A stretch of DNA of 63,927 bases, filler included, from Sphacelaria rigidula (lineage: Eukaryota): NCBI GenBank assembly GCA_964200075.2. It is 10 parts of 10 records of this genome, joined end to end, with 100 filler letters (N's around TTAATTAATTAA, not from the genome) between each part and the next. Parts side by side here need not be neighbours in the genome. Positions count along the whole stretch, not along the records: positions 1 to 6,303 come from CAXNAA020020906.1; positions 6,404 to 12,706 come from CAXNAA020020907.1; 8 more parts are not named here. One strand, written 5' to 3'. Below are positions 1 through 11,426 of the stretch, piece by piece. Position 1 is the first letter of the stretch, and each line of letters starts with the position of its first letter. The translations under genes were made by a program, and so were the position numbers. A model generated the notes under the pieces. The model saw only the letters and a list, made by a program, of their open reading frames with translations. It made no database searches and had not been told where the DNA came from.

Positions 1-285
1 GTCAAATGACTAAGGCAAGCAACAAATGAGTACGCCCCCCCCCCTCCCCCTACCGGCTTCTATCATTCCCACGATCAGGGGGCAACGTGCAGTGCAGACA
101 GCGCAGGACTATCTGTACTCTCTGCTTACGAAGCGACGTGAAAAGGACTTGAGCAACGTGCAGCTTCGTGCTACTCGCGGCCCCGTCCATTAGTGTACGC
201 AAGTCGGTCGCCCACCCTACCACGCAGTTCCGTCGCCGATCCCTACCAAAAAGTTCATACGTTTTCGACAACAAAAAATAAACAC

Positions 286-439
286 CTCATACTTCCTGTT
301 AGAGGTATAGCTTTTCAACAAGCAAATATTTTTAATAATATTATTACTGATTTTTATGAGATTAAAAAAAAAAATGGAGGTATTAGTTATTAAATTAATA
401 ATGAATTCGCTTTATAGTAGATTTGGTAGAAGTACCTAA
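286..439 (+). pseudogene. Fragment of a protein-primed family B DNA polymerase (organellar plasmid/Polinton type), frameshifted
   Basis: AT-rich island. Frame 1 reads LILPVRGIAFQQANIFNNIITDFYEIKKK. After a shift near the A-run at 364-374, frame 2 reads MEVLVIKLIMNSLYSRFGR (K at 392), matching PolB motif B KxxxNSLYG(K/R)FG. Confidence 0.7.
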
Positions 440-626
440 CTATGCAATGTCTCTATCCCTGTACCCGACTCATGCTCTTTGCTGAAGCGTTGCGGTGGTT
501 ACTGATGATGAGTTATGTGGGGTTTGCATGGTTCTGTGAACGGGTGGCGTCTGGCGTGGTGGTCTGCAAAATAGAAGTCAAGTGCCGCTTCATGCCTGTC
601 GACCACATGTTATCGATCAAACAAGC

Positions 627-1241
627 CAAGGGTAGGTCGAGCAGGGCACGTACTTCTGAATACTCGGGTGAAATACCTTGGTAATTACTCCGCCCAAGGC
701 TTGGGTGTATTGGGCATGGCCTCAAATACTCTTTCCAATTTTCGGGTAGATCTTATATGACCTCAAATACTCTACCCAAATATTGGGTAGTTCCGGTACG
801 ATTTCAATACTTTACCCAAATGTTTGGGTACTAGAGTGCTGTCATCCCGTCTATTCTGGACGCCGGTCTATACCTTTCGGTATATGAGGGCGCACCAGCC
901 GGGGTCACAAAGGAGAGAAGGCCAACACAGGAGTTTTTTTGTTTTGTTTTTTGTTTTTAATACTCCACCTTCCTTCTGTGGTGCTTGCCTTTATTTTTCA
1001 TCGCGGGAGGGGTTCAGCTGTCCCTTCCCCTCGTCGACCGTCAAGCCGAATTTTGTGTACCCACGACATTGTCTCCACTGTACTATTGGGCATGGTGTGA
1101 GAAAAAGTCCCAGATCACTCCGAGACTCAAACCCACGACCCAACCGTCAGGAGGTTTCGAGGTTACCAACTGAGCCATCGGGGTGACCGAGAGTATGGCT
1201 TTTTGAAAATACCCCAAAATACCCTACCCAACCTGCCCTTG
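627..1241. mobile_element. hAT-like MITE interrupted by a SINE
   Basis: Imperfect ~22-bp TIRs (CAAGGGTAGGTCGAGCAGGGCA at 627; the reverse complement ends at 1241). Internal ~41-bp repeats at 720-830. Related copy at 41191-41408. Confidence 0.55.
836..1189 (-). mobile_element. tRNA-derived SINE, family A
   Basis: Minus-strand head with A box TGGCTCAGTTGG and a degenerate B box (GGTTTGAGTC). Body and 3' end (AGAATAGACGGGATGACAGCAC) are shared with copies at 19939, 52834 and 55307. Confidence 0.85.
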
Positions 1242-1489
1242 GAGTATTTTCCCCGTGGTACCATTGGTCCGCTCTCGGCCCCCCATGGTATTGTCGTGCT
1301 GTCACAACGATGGAAGCTGTTTCAAGCCGCTTTGGATCGTCCAGTAGACCTTGCTTGTTATCTGGAAGGTTCATCGTTTCTTTTTGAACTGTATTGGTAG
1401 ATGTCATTTTTTGTTTCATCGTACCTCCGACCAGCTGAGGGGGGAGGAGCGGGGGGGGTGAGGAACCCATGATCTTGCATACCCTAGTC

Positions 1490-1590
1490 ATTACATTATT
1501 ATTATGTTCGTGACAGTAGCCCGATCTCTCGAACCCGTGGTCACAGAGTGCAAGGAGTATACCACATACCACCCATACCCATACCCATTA
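1490..1590 (-). mobile_element. Non-LTR (LINE-type) 3' tail, family D
   Basis: TCCTTGCACTCTGTGACCACGGGTTCGAGAGATCG followed by a (TAA)n tail; closely matches 27010-27100. Confidence 0.6.
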
Positions 1591-1648
1591 AAGTCATGAT
1601 TAGACCATTGACCGATCATCCGTACCAAGCCGGGATGGGGCACGCCCT

Positions 1649-1680
<32 letters not shown>

Positions 1681-1754
1681 TTTTTTTTTTGGTGCTTCTT
1701 TTTTTTTTTTTTTTGTTTTTTTTTGGGTTGGCAAGAGAATTATTNNNNNNNNNN

Positions 1755-1800
<46 letters not shown>

Positions 1801-1802
1801 GG

Positions 1803-2013
1803 GTGAGCTTCTTTTTTCTTGGCGTCTCTCTCTTACTGTTTTTGGTTTTGTTTTGGAACCTCAGGAAAAGTCGCTTGATGAGCGCTTCTGTAATGTATGT
1901 AATCAATTGTCATGTATGTAATCAAGAATAATGGTACTGGAAAAGCGAGCCTACATCTGTGACGACGAGTCCGAGAGATTGAGCTATTGTGCAGAGATAA
2001 TATTAAAAATAAT
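1803..2013 (+). mobile_element. Non-LTR 3' tail, family D variant
   Basis: Shares TTTTCTTGGCGTCTCTCT ... CGAGCCTAC.TCTGTGAC.ACG.GT..GAGAGAT and an AT-rich tail with 28490-28735; its 5' part also matches 44655-44721. Confidence 0.55.
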
Positions 2014-2436
2014 CCCCGATTCTTGAATCCCTGCAGAGGCCGTCGCCACCTTTCCTGCCTTGGAGTCGATTGTTTATTGTGTAAATTGTCGTGACACATG
2101 GGTCGTGTTTTGGTGCTTCATTTCATTTCGCCGCAACTCGACCTCGAATTTTTGTCCAAGGTTTCATATTTGGATTTCTGCCGTGACGTGATTCCAGCCA
2201 TGGATTCAAACTTCTCATGTCACTTCTGCAGCATAAGCTCAAGCATCGCCATAATCATGCTATGACTTCATACTATACCGACGAGCTGCACCCCAACTGA
2301 TTGGCTGATTTGTGTCGCCCGCTGTGACTTCCATGATTTATTACGCTTTTGTTTTTGCGCTAGTTATTCCTTGCCCACGCCTTCATGGACTTCTTCTCTG
2401 GCTTGGTCGATCTCACCATAATTACCCTGTCGACAG

Positions 2437-2614
2437 GTCTGTGATGGGCGGTGCGGGCACGGCCATGATGGGCATTGGGCGAGGGCAGGGGAAGAACCGC
2501 GCGCAAGAGAGTGCCCAGTCGGCCATCAGCTCTGCCCTTCTTGACGTGCCCATCACGGGGGCACAGGGAATCGTGTTCAACGTGCTCGGTGGCAAGGATA
2601 TGACCCTTCAAGAG
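2437..2614 (+). CDS. ftsZ: Plastid-type (cyanobacterial-derived) FtsZ, internal exon
   Basis: Encodes SVMGGAGTAMMGIGRGQGKNRAQESAQSAISSALLDVPITGAQGIVFNVLGGKDMTLQE (FtsZ C-terminal domain). CAG acceptor ends at 2436; GT donor at 2615 (phase 0). Confidence 0.93.
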
Positions 2615-3279
2615 GTCAGCCTCATTTTGTCTTCTCTTTTCTTCTCTTTTCTTCTCTTTTCTTCTCTTCTCTAGTTTTTGGTCACATTTTTTTTTCGTAA
2701 TGTTTCTCCCGATCACAATTAGTTTTCATGTACTTCTGGATTGTTGGGAGAATTTGTTCCCCCCCCCCCCCGTTGGGTGTGGAACATAATTTATCACCAA
2801 CCTTCTTCTATATGTAGCACACTTGTGTTTGTGTTTTTTCTTTTTCTTTTTCTGTTTCTGTTCCTTTTTTCTTTTTTTTCCAGGAGTTTGAGTTTCGTTT
2901 TTGTTGGGTACGTCCATCATGAGACCACGGCTGAATCCCGGCAGGGTCAGTTAAAGTGCGACAATCAATCATCAATTAATCATGTGGGATCATGTGGGTG
3001 TTGGCGGCATCATGTTAGTGGTGGTGGTGTAGAGTGTCATCTGCGACCACTCACGCCATTCATGCGCGCGGTGGCCGTAGTTTTCCATGGAAGTTTGCAC
3101 CGAACGCGCACTTGGACACATCGTCTCGCCCGCGGTTGCGTTTGAGACGTTTGCGGGCTTGTGCAGTTGTGACCTTGTGTTCTTTGCCGACCGTAACCGG
3201 GTCGTACCGCCAGCCCTCTTTTTTACCTGAAGCTTGGCTCGCGTGGTTGAATCGCTTTCATCCGTTCGTTTGTGTGCAG

Positions 3280-3416
3280 ATCAATGCCGCGGCTGAAGTG
3301 ATATACGCAAACGTGGACCCTAATGCGAACATCATTTTCGGCGCTTTGCTGGACGACTCCATGGGCGACAACATGGCCGTCACGGTGATCGCCACCGGCT
3401 TCGGAGGTGGTAGGAA
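3280..3416 (+). CDS. ftsZ: FtsZ exon ending the conserved core
   Basis: Encodes INAAAEVIYANVDPNANIIFGALLDDSMGDNMAVTVIATGFGGGR. TGCAG acceptor is phase 0, matching the previous exon. GTGAGT donor at 3417 (phase 2). Confidence 0.92.
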
Positions 3417-4569
3417 GTGAGTGTGACCAATCCCACTTCTGCTGCACAGGAGGCTTCGGTGTAAGGCCCCTTCATCTGATGCTATTCTGTGGGGCCCCAC
3501 GATATTGTTTTCATTTGGGCCGGTTGTGATTGTTGTTGTTGTTGTTGTCCTCATTTTTGTTCCCTTTTTTCTTGTTTTTTGTGTCTTGCTTCCCGTTTTA
3601 CTTCAGTTTACTCCGTTTGTTTTTATCTTGCTTTATTTGCCTTCCTGCTTTGTCGAGATCGTTTCCTATAGCGAGTGTGTCCGTTGGATACATTACTCTT
3701 GTGTCTAATGACCACGGGTGGATCCTTCTTGGATCAGTCGTGGCAGTGTGCAACAGTCAATCAGTCAGACAAACAAAATATGAATCAGGATGCGGTTCTA
3801 TATGTGGGTTTCCACGCCACGTGCATAACGTCCCGAAAACTCTCGAAACTGAGTATGTGGTCATTTGCCAGTGATCCATACATGCTGATGGGGGCGTTTG
3901 TATGCGTGCTCCTGCGGCTGAGATCCCGAACGCTTACATGGTCAAAGGATTGAGCTAGGAAGGGCCCCGCGTTTTTTCTGGATCCTACCGGTAACACCGA
4001 AGCGTACAGTACAGTAGTTTGGTATTACAAGACCTGCCCACTCCCAAGACTCGAGATATGTACTAGATGGATGTACCTTGTACTTGATACATGTGCAATG
4101 CCCTTACATTGTGCACACATATGTATTGAACAAGCTTTGTATGGGGCAGCAGAGTGTACTGTAGGTAACGCTATATACAAGGAGCCGACGATCAGCACCT
4201 TGTAATCCCAAAGGGCGATGCCATGTAGAACGAGTGCTCAGGACCGACTCACGTGCCACCTTGCCGGGGTAGGTGGAAGTCGGAAACCCGCCTCATTTTG
4301 CTGCCGGGCCTAGGTGTGCCGTGTGCTGTACGACTACCCGCTGTAGGCATCATGACGTCTTCATGCCCGTTGCTACGATATTTTGATCAGGTCAAACATA
4401 ACAGCCCGGCTTTGTGCTTTCATGCTTGAGCTTTGTCGTGACTGATCGTCGCGTGTTGGGCCTCCTCGTCCTTCGTACACCTCTCTTTGTTTTTTGTTTT
4501 GTGTTTTTTTCACGCGTCCCCCCGCCCGCCACTTGTCCTTGTTTTTCACCGTACACTGTAGTGTTCCTT

Positions 4570-4634
4570 CTTTTTCTTGAGCGAGTGTTTCAGTTTTGTT
4601 TTCTTGGGTATACGCCGAACCACGGCTGATTCAG

Positions 4635-4684
<50 letters not shown>

Positions 4685-4690
4685 TTTCAA
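4570..4690 (+). mobile_element. Non-LTR 3' tail, family C, with (TCAA)n tail, in the ftsZ intron
   Basis: GCGAGTGTTTCAGTTTTG...ACCACGGCTGA followed by ~12 TCAA units. Homologous ends at ~2880-2980, 3705-3770, 19410-19525, 23410-23520, 27515-27600, 38900-39010 and 41745-41855. Confidence 0.65.
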
Positions 4691-4760
4691 TCGATCACTG
4701 TTGCGACCCCAACCCTTCAATGCTCACGTACATCCCACAATCGCATACGCACACACGCAG

Positions 4761-5289
4761 CGCGGGGGCCCGGGCTGAAGCGCAGAACATCCAGCGCAAA
4801 TCGCCCCAACCACAACCTCAACAGCGCCAAGCAGCAGGAGCCCAGCCCCAAGCAGGCGACGGCAGCGCCACGGCCTCTTCCTCCCCATACCACCCACAGG
4901 CTAACGCCGAACCGCTCCGCACTCCACTACCCTCTTCATCGCCTCCCTCACAACCCAAAATCCCAGCAACAGCAAGGTCCGGCTCCACGCCCACAGCTGC
5001 GCAACGAGCTTCATGGGCGCCCCGGGGTTACGATGACGTATTGCCGGGGTCACCCGCGTCCCAATCCTCCGGAAACCCGAATTACGGAGGCGCGGCTGAC
5101 TATTACAGTAATACCCCGCAACAAGGCTACCCTGGGTACGCGGATGATAATGGGGCGGGCGGGGGGGGGCAGCAGCAGGATGGAGGGGGGTATCCCCGAG
5201 AGCAGGGGGGTTATGGGGGTGCTCAGGGCAGGGCGGATGAGGGGGATGTATATGCGGGGTATGGGGGCTACCCGCCTCAGGGAGGGCCG
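4761..5289 (+). CDS. ftsZ: Probable FtsZ exon encoding a low-complexity P/Q/S then G/Y-rich C-terminal extension
   Basis: CACACGCAG acceptor. The phase-2 join to 3416 (AA+C = Asn) puts it in the open frame of ORF 4720-5637. GTGAGA donor at 5290 (phase 0); no stop codon, so a further exon is expected. Confidence 0.7.
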
Positions 5290-6303
5290 GTGAGACTGTT
5301 GGGATGGGATGAGGTGGGGGGTGTGGTGGGTTTTGGATTGATTCGGTCGGCTTACGTTGGTGTTGATCTGTGTCGCTTTTTGACTGCATCTCTTTGGTGT
5401 GGATACAGTTTTTGTAAACGTCCTTTTTTTCGAGTAGAATCGCGGTGGCGCACAGGTTACTACGGGCCAGTTGTGTTATTATTTTCCGCGTGCAAACAAG
5501 GAGTTGATCGGTGGCCACACAGGGATCTCCAAGTTCAGTGCTGTTTCCATGCGGAACGCAAAGAAGGTGTGTGTCGAGAAAGCATGAAGATTATTATTGC
5601 CCCATGGGAAATTGATGCATCTTGCCCTAGATGCTGACACATGCACGCCACAAAAATAAAGCTTGGCCAACAACCCGTTGCTACCAACCGTCCAGAGAGA
5701 GGTCGGTTAGCGAGGAATAATGTTCTTCTGTGAAATCATCTGCGTTAAACATGTTGGAATATAAAAATGCGATGGAGCATGGTTCTTTGTGGGTCGAAGC
5801 GAAGAATATGTTGCAGCTATTATGAAGTCCTGCGATGGGACACTTGGAAGTATATCACTGCCTCGTAGGTTCGCCATGACTAGCAAGTGCCCCCCCCCCG
5901 GCTCGGTGAGTTGAGATACCGTTGTCTGGACAGGTGTATGTGGCGCCAACAGCGGTCACTGCGTGCAGCAACTGATGTCTTGGTACTGTTTTACAGTATT
6001 TTTTCTGCCCACTCGCTAAGAATAGCGGCAATCTGCATCACGTGCGTGCATGTGCACTCGGCACGTACCATGAAGACGATTTTTTTTCTTGTGAATCGGC
6101 ATCATTTTCAGTCATTTTCAATTCAAAATGAGGCTGATTCACGATAACAAAAATCGTCAATGGGAAAGGGTTAATACAAGACCCCAAGACTGTCACCACA
6201 GCTAGAAATCATCACTCGAATCGACGAAAGTGATATGCATGTCTAACAAAAAACAAAAAAAAATACAAAAAAAAACCAAAATAACAAAAAAAAAAAAAAA
6301 TAA

Positions 6304-6403
6304 NNNNNNNNNNNNNNNNNNNNNNNNNNNNNNNNNNNNNNNNNNNNTTAATTAATTAANNNNNNNNNNNNNNNNNNNNNNNNNNNNNNNNNNNNNNNNN
6401 NNN
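6304..6403. other. Artificial contig spacer N44-TTAATTAATTAA-N44 (six-frame stop linker)
   Basis: The same 100-nt spacer starts again at 12707, 19110, 25513, 31916, 38319, 44722, 51124 and 57526, i.e. every 6402-6403 bp. This is the pattern of size-sorted concatenated contigs. Confidence 0.98.
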
Positions 6404-6792
6404 CCAAATGAACCCAAAAGAACAAAAAAAAAAAAACAATTAAAAACAAAAAATAGAACACAAAAAAAAAAAAAAAAAAAAAAAAAAGACAAGAACAAAT
6501 TACAACACAGACAAGGAAAATCAAAGCAAAAAACACAGGGTCCAAAGCAACAAAAACAAAACACAACACAAAAACAAAGAATATATAATACAAAAACGAA
6601 AGACCAAATACCAAACACGACACACTGACACACATTAACCGCTACAAGTACGGGGCTAATCAGTACGAAAAATAAATGAAGTGGGGGAGAGGGGGGAACA
6701 CATGGTTGTCCAACGACGCGACAATGCAAGACAAGCGACTCGAACGCGGTACACTACGCAAGGTTAATGGGGAGGCAGACTCAGATTCGGCA

Positions 6793-9243
6793 TCATGAGT
6801 CATCTGCATCCCAAGCGGTGTCCGTGTTCCGTAGAACGGCTGTTTCGAGTTCGCCTTGGTCGTATCGTTGGAGGCACCAGGATCCCCTCCGAGCGGTCGC
6901 CTCCTCGGTGTGGTATGCATCATCCAAGCGAATCTTAAGAGGGCTCGGGTCATCAAGGAAACGGATAAAGTAGGAGTCGTCAGATGCAGGGTCGACCAAA
7001 TGAATTTTTCCCAACCACCACAGTGAATCCAAAGCCCTATACCGAAAATATGCCCCTTTCGGCAATCGTTTCCCGTGGAAACACTGCATGTATTGTGAAC
7101 GCGAAAGAGGGCTATATCCTGTCACAACAAACCGCGCTGAGTGTTCACGTGCCAGTTCTCGAGCGGCAGCTACCTTGCGCATCGACCGATATCTTTTATT
7201 CAGCGGGCGGTGCTGGACGGTATTTCCTACCCAGTACAGCAATATTTCCCGACGAAAATGACGCAAATCAACCTCACGCTCCCACGTAACACGCATGATA
7301 CCCTTCCAATGTGTTTGAAACATTACCGCTGTCTTACCTCCACGACCACGAACCAGTTGATGACCCGAAATCCTTTCTACCTCAACGCGTTCCAGGGGTG
7401 CGTCCGCATCCTCGACCGTCATATGATACGGCGGAGTTTTGATCGCATACTTGGTCAACACATACTGGCTAAGCCCTACCGGCAGTTGTTTGGGCATGTC
7501 AGAAGAGTCATGAGGGGGGATGCACGGTTTGCATCGTAGCATCGAGACGCGATTTTTCGGTTTCAAACCAGGTTCATCCGTGGGAAAATCTAAATACAAA
7601 AGTTTCGCTCCCACCGGACTCTTGTCTGGTGCGGTAGCGCTCGGACCAACAGCTAAAATTTCCCAAGGACCAGTCCAATTCAAGGATAGTTTCGCCTTCA
7701 ACACCTTATCCAAAGATGATGATTTCGAGCTAGCCCCTTGATTGATGGTCTTCACATCGTTATACACCCATACCCATTGGCCTACCTTCCACGCCGTGCG
7801 GTTATGCACCACATCATCCAACATCGAGTTCGCCCCGGCCACCTTGGCCAAATTGATTTGGTTCTGTTCTCGTACCACTTCATATGCAAGACGGAGACGA
7901 TTGCTAACCGACAAATGATACTCTGCAACGTCACGATCCAGACTCTGATGTCCACCTGTATTTTTGCGTTCGAATACCGTTAAAGGTAACCGAGGCATGC
8001 ATCGAATATGAATTTCATTCGGCGACAATCCCGTAGCGGCGTTGACTGAATTGTTGTAGTTCATCTGGACCAGGGGCAAGTGCAGATCCCAGTCCATCTG
8101 TCTCTCATTCGCTACAGCAGCAAGCATCTGCGCCATCGTATGGTTCACTCGTTCTGTTCCACCATTGGTGGAAGGGTGATATGAAGTAGTAAAAATGCGA
8201 TGGGCACCCAAAAGGTCACTGACGGCGGCAGAAAGTTTGCCTGAAAAATGCGGGCCGTTGTCAGATAATAAGCGTTTGGACACACCCCACAGTGGGATGT
8301 ACATGTAGACAAAAATGTTGGCGGTACCTTCCGCGGTATAACTACTGGGGGGGACGACGTGCATCACCGCATGTCAACTAAATCTATCCGTGAACAACAA
8401 AATATACTTATTCCCACTATCCGTCAGGGGCAAAGGACCAAAATGGTCCCACGACACTACTTCACCAGGTCCGTTTGGGAGCGGCATGGAAACAATCGGC
8501 CAACGAACTGTTTGACGAGACGTTTTTAGCACCTGACAAACGAGACAACGCCTCACCCACCATCGACAACACTGATCCATACAAATCCACCAATAAAAAC
8601 GTTCCAACATCTGGGAGGTCCTAATGGCGCCTAAATGAGTCGATGCCTGTGAATGGCATTCGTGTAGAACCCATGGGCGCAGTAGCATCGGGACATAGAT
8701 GCGGACGGGTTCATCACCTAGCAAGCGGGCATGTCGACTTGTAGGCTTCCCCCTGGGGAGGGCTGCTGTGGGCCGGCGAACCAACAGAACTATACCATCA
8801 TCATCCGTATGTAGCATACCTTTCCTTGAAAGTTCAGTAACTTCATCCTGGGTGGGCGCTTTGAGATTCCCGACTGGCAAAAGGAATTCAGTTTCTGAGA
8901 ATGGACATGGACAACCTTTCGATAGATAATGGATAGCTGATTTACAAGCAGGTTCTGCCTGTTCCCGGGCCCAATCGGCGTGGGAGAAGAGAGTCAAACG
9001 TTCCTTGAATACACCATCTGTTGAAGCGTCGACTTCGTGTTGGGTCGGTTCGGGGCGGGGTTGGCACGAAGCGGTGATTTCGGAATCAAGGGTGAGCCTA
9101 CCAGTTGGTGTACTCTCAGACGGAACGTTAACGTCTACTCCTGCGTCGATTAGCGTGGAGGGTGTTGTGGTGGTGTTTGCAATATCATCACCACTGGAGA
9201 GGGGCATAGGCGTGGTTTCGGCTATGGTTGGCAGGGGCGGCAC
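6793..9243 (-). pseudogene. Gypsy integrase (HHCC, DDE core, chromo-like and Tudor-like C-terminus)
   Basis: CHSQASTHLG...RRCLVC zinc motif; WDHFGP..TDRFS, LLSDNGPHF and GGTERVN core motifs; stop at 8374-8376 followed by a frame change. Confidence 0.9.
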
Positions 9244-9354
9244 GGTCGGGGTCGATTTCCTGGGGGCCTTGCGTCGCGGAGGCTGCGGGGGCGCAAGGAA
9301 ACTATCGGGGACCGGGGTGGGGGCAGGGGGGGGGAAGGTCAGGACCGGATACGG

Positions 9355-11426
9355 CTAATTTGGTGGCCGTTTCGGCGGCCGCCGTCCCCGAGTCCTACTC
9401 GAAATCAAATCTCGAACTTGAACTGGTAAGACGGAGTCAGCAAAGGACGGTTCTACACCTGCTGCGAAAACCATGCGTTGGCCAGTTGCACGAAAATAAT
9501 CATGGCCAACAGAATTCGTAAACAGTCCATTCCAACCTGAGTACAACGATTGAGGTTGCAAGCTGCCTAGAACTGATGCGTGGGCTGTGGTCGTCAGCCC
9601 ACCCATACCTAAAGCCGGCGTTTCTCTCAGTGAAAGTGGTGTGTAGAGACCTCTATGTCCATTCCTGCTTATGAAATATACAAAGTCTTCGGTGGGATCG
9701 GTGATACGTCCCATGGCGGATGCATCGATAGGTTGAGCTGGTGTGGGCAAGCGTGACAGGAAGTCGGCGTTTGCATTCTGGGGACCTGTGCGGTACTTCA
9801 GTTGAAAGTTGTAAGACGACACGATTTCGAACCAGCATTGGACCCTAGCGTTGTGTTTCGCTATTTTGGCAAGGCTTTTCAAAGACTTGTGGTCGGTATA
9901 AATCAAAAACGGGATGTCATACAAATACTGACGCAGACGTCGCACGCCCCAAACAACTGCGCCGGCCTCTTGTTCCATGACATACCAATTCTGTTCATTC
10001 GGAAAAGTGGTGCGACTCAGATAGACAATGGGACGAACAGTAGCATCAACTTGCTCCTGTTCCAATGTGCAGCCAAACCCAATTTTGGAAGAATCTGTGT
10101 AGAGCCGGAAAGGGCGGGAACCCTGCTCCGCGGCCGACCAGTCGGGGAAGACGAGAATCGGCGGGCGCGAAAGGGTGTCGAGGAGGCGGCGGACGGTTTT
10201 TTCCATTTCCAATGTGAACACAAATTTCACCCCTTTTTTGAGGAGGGTGGTGAGGGGTTTCAGCTTTTGGGCAAGGTTTGGCAAGTATTGTCTGTAGTAG
10301 CTTAGACCTCCCAACAAGGAACGCAGTTGAGAAATGTCCCGTGGCATGGGCATATCGGAGAGCGCGGCGACCTTGTCGAGGTTTGGGCTACGACCTTCGG
10401 GGGTGATGCAATGACCCAAGAACTCAATCTTCGTGGCGCCAATGCGGGATTTGGAGGGTGCGAGTTTCAAGTTGTGTTGTCCAAACCGATTGAAGAATGA
10501 TGCCAACTATTCGACGTGTTCGGCCGGTGTGGAGTCGTGGCACAACGCATCATCAAGGTACACATGGCATTTGGGCAATCCATCAGTTACACGGAACATT
10601 ACACGTTGAAACGCACCTGGAGCTCCGGCGGCACCTTGTGGTGTAACCAACCACTCGTACAAACCCGATGGCGTGCAAAACGCTGTCAGTTCAATGGAGT
10701 TCGGATCCATCACGAGCTGGTGGTAGCCGGACTGCATGTCGAAGTTCGAAAATACTTTGCCCCCGCCAAGAGAGTCGATAATTTCATCAATCCGCGGAAG
10801 TGGCAACCGGGCGATTTTGGTGACATGTTCAATCGTTGATAATTGACCGTCAGTCTGATTTTGCAATTCTTCTTACGGATGACTACTAGAGGCGAGGCCC
10901 ACGGAGACGTCGAGTGCCGAATCAAACCGGCAGATAAGTAACCATCGAGGAATACCTGGATCTTATCCGCTGAAAGGGGGTTCGTACGGTACGGACGCAT
11001 AGCGATAGGAGGAGTGCCATCAGGAATCTTGATCTTAAACGCTGTCGTGGTACATCGATCTAGATCCAAGGGTGCAGTAGAAAACCGTTCAGAGTATCTA
11101 ACCAAGATGGATATCAATCTGTCGATTACAGTGGGTGTCCAACCATCGCCAGATAGATCAGAAACAATATGCCGTAAGTGAGGGGGAATGGCATCCCACA
11201 ACTTTTGAAACCTGGCGCGTTGTTCTGGAGAAAATCTATCCAGTAATGCAGTTGGGGGTTGAGGGTCAGGCGCATCCGGTGGATTTGTCGCCACCATGGG
11301 GTCAGACGTGTGTAGCGGAGTGGGGCCCGTGGATTTCGGGGGGTCGGTCGGCGACTTGTTGTTCGCCGGGGGGCACACATCTGCCAGAGCGGTTCGTATG
11401 AGAGGCGCTTGAGCATAACCCAACAA
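9355..11426 (-). pseudogene. Gypsy reverse transcriptase and RNase H
   Basis: SPWASPLVVIRKK, LPRIDEIIDSL, FDMQSGYHQ, YLDD (~10550-10561); RNase H motifs LYTDSS, EQEAGAVVW, YTDHKSL, NANADFLSR. Frameshift ~10835; stop 10507-10509. Confidence 0.92.

Noticed and set aside
1648..1800. Long poly-G/poly-T tracts and their poly-Gly/poly-Pro ORFs
   Set aside because: They flank an N gap and look like low-quality read ends.
6245..6635. A-rich tracts giving Phe/Cys-rich ORFs
   Set aside because: Low-complexity contig ends, probably sequencing noise.
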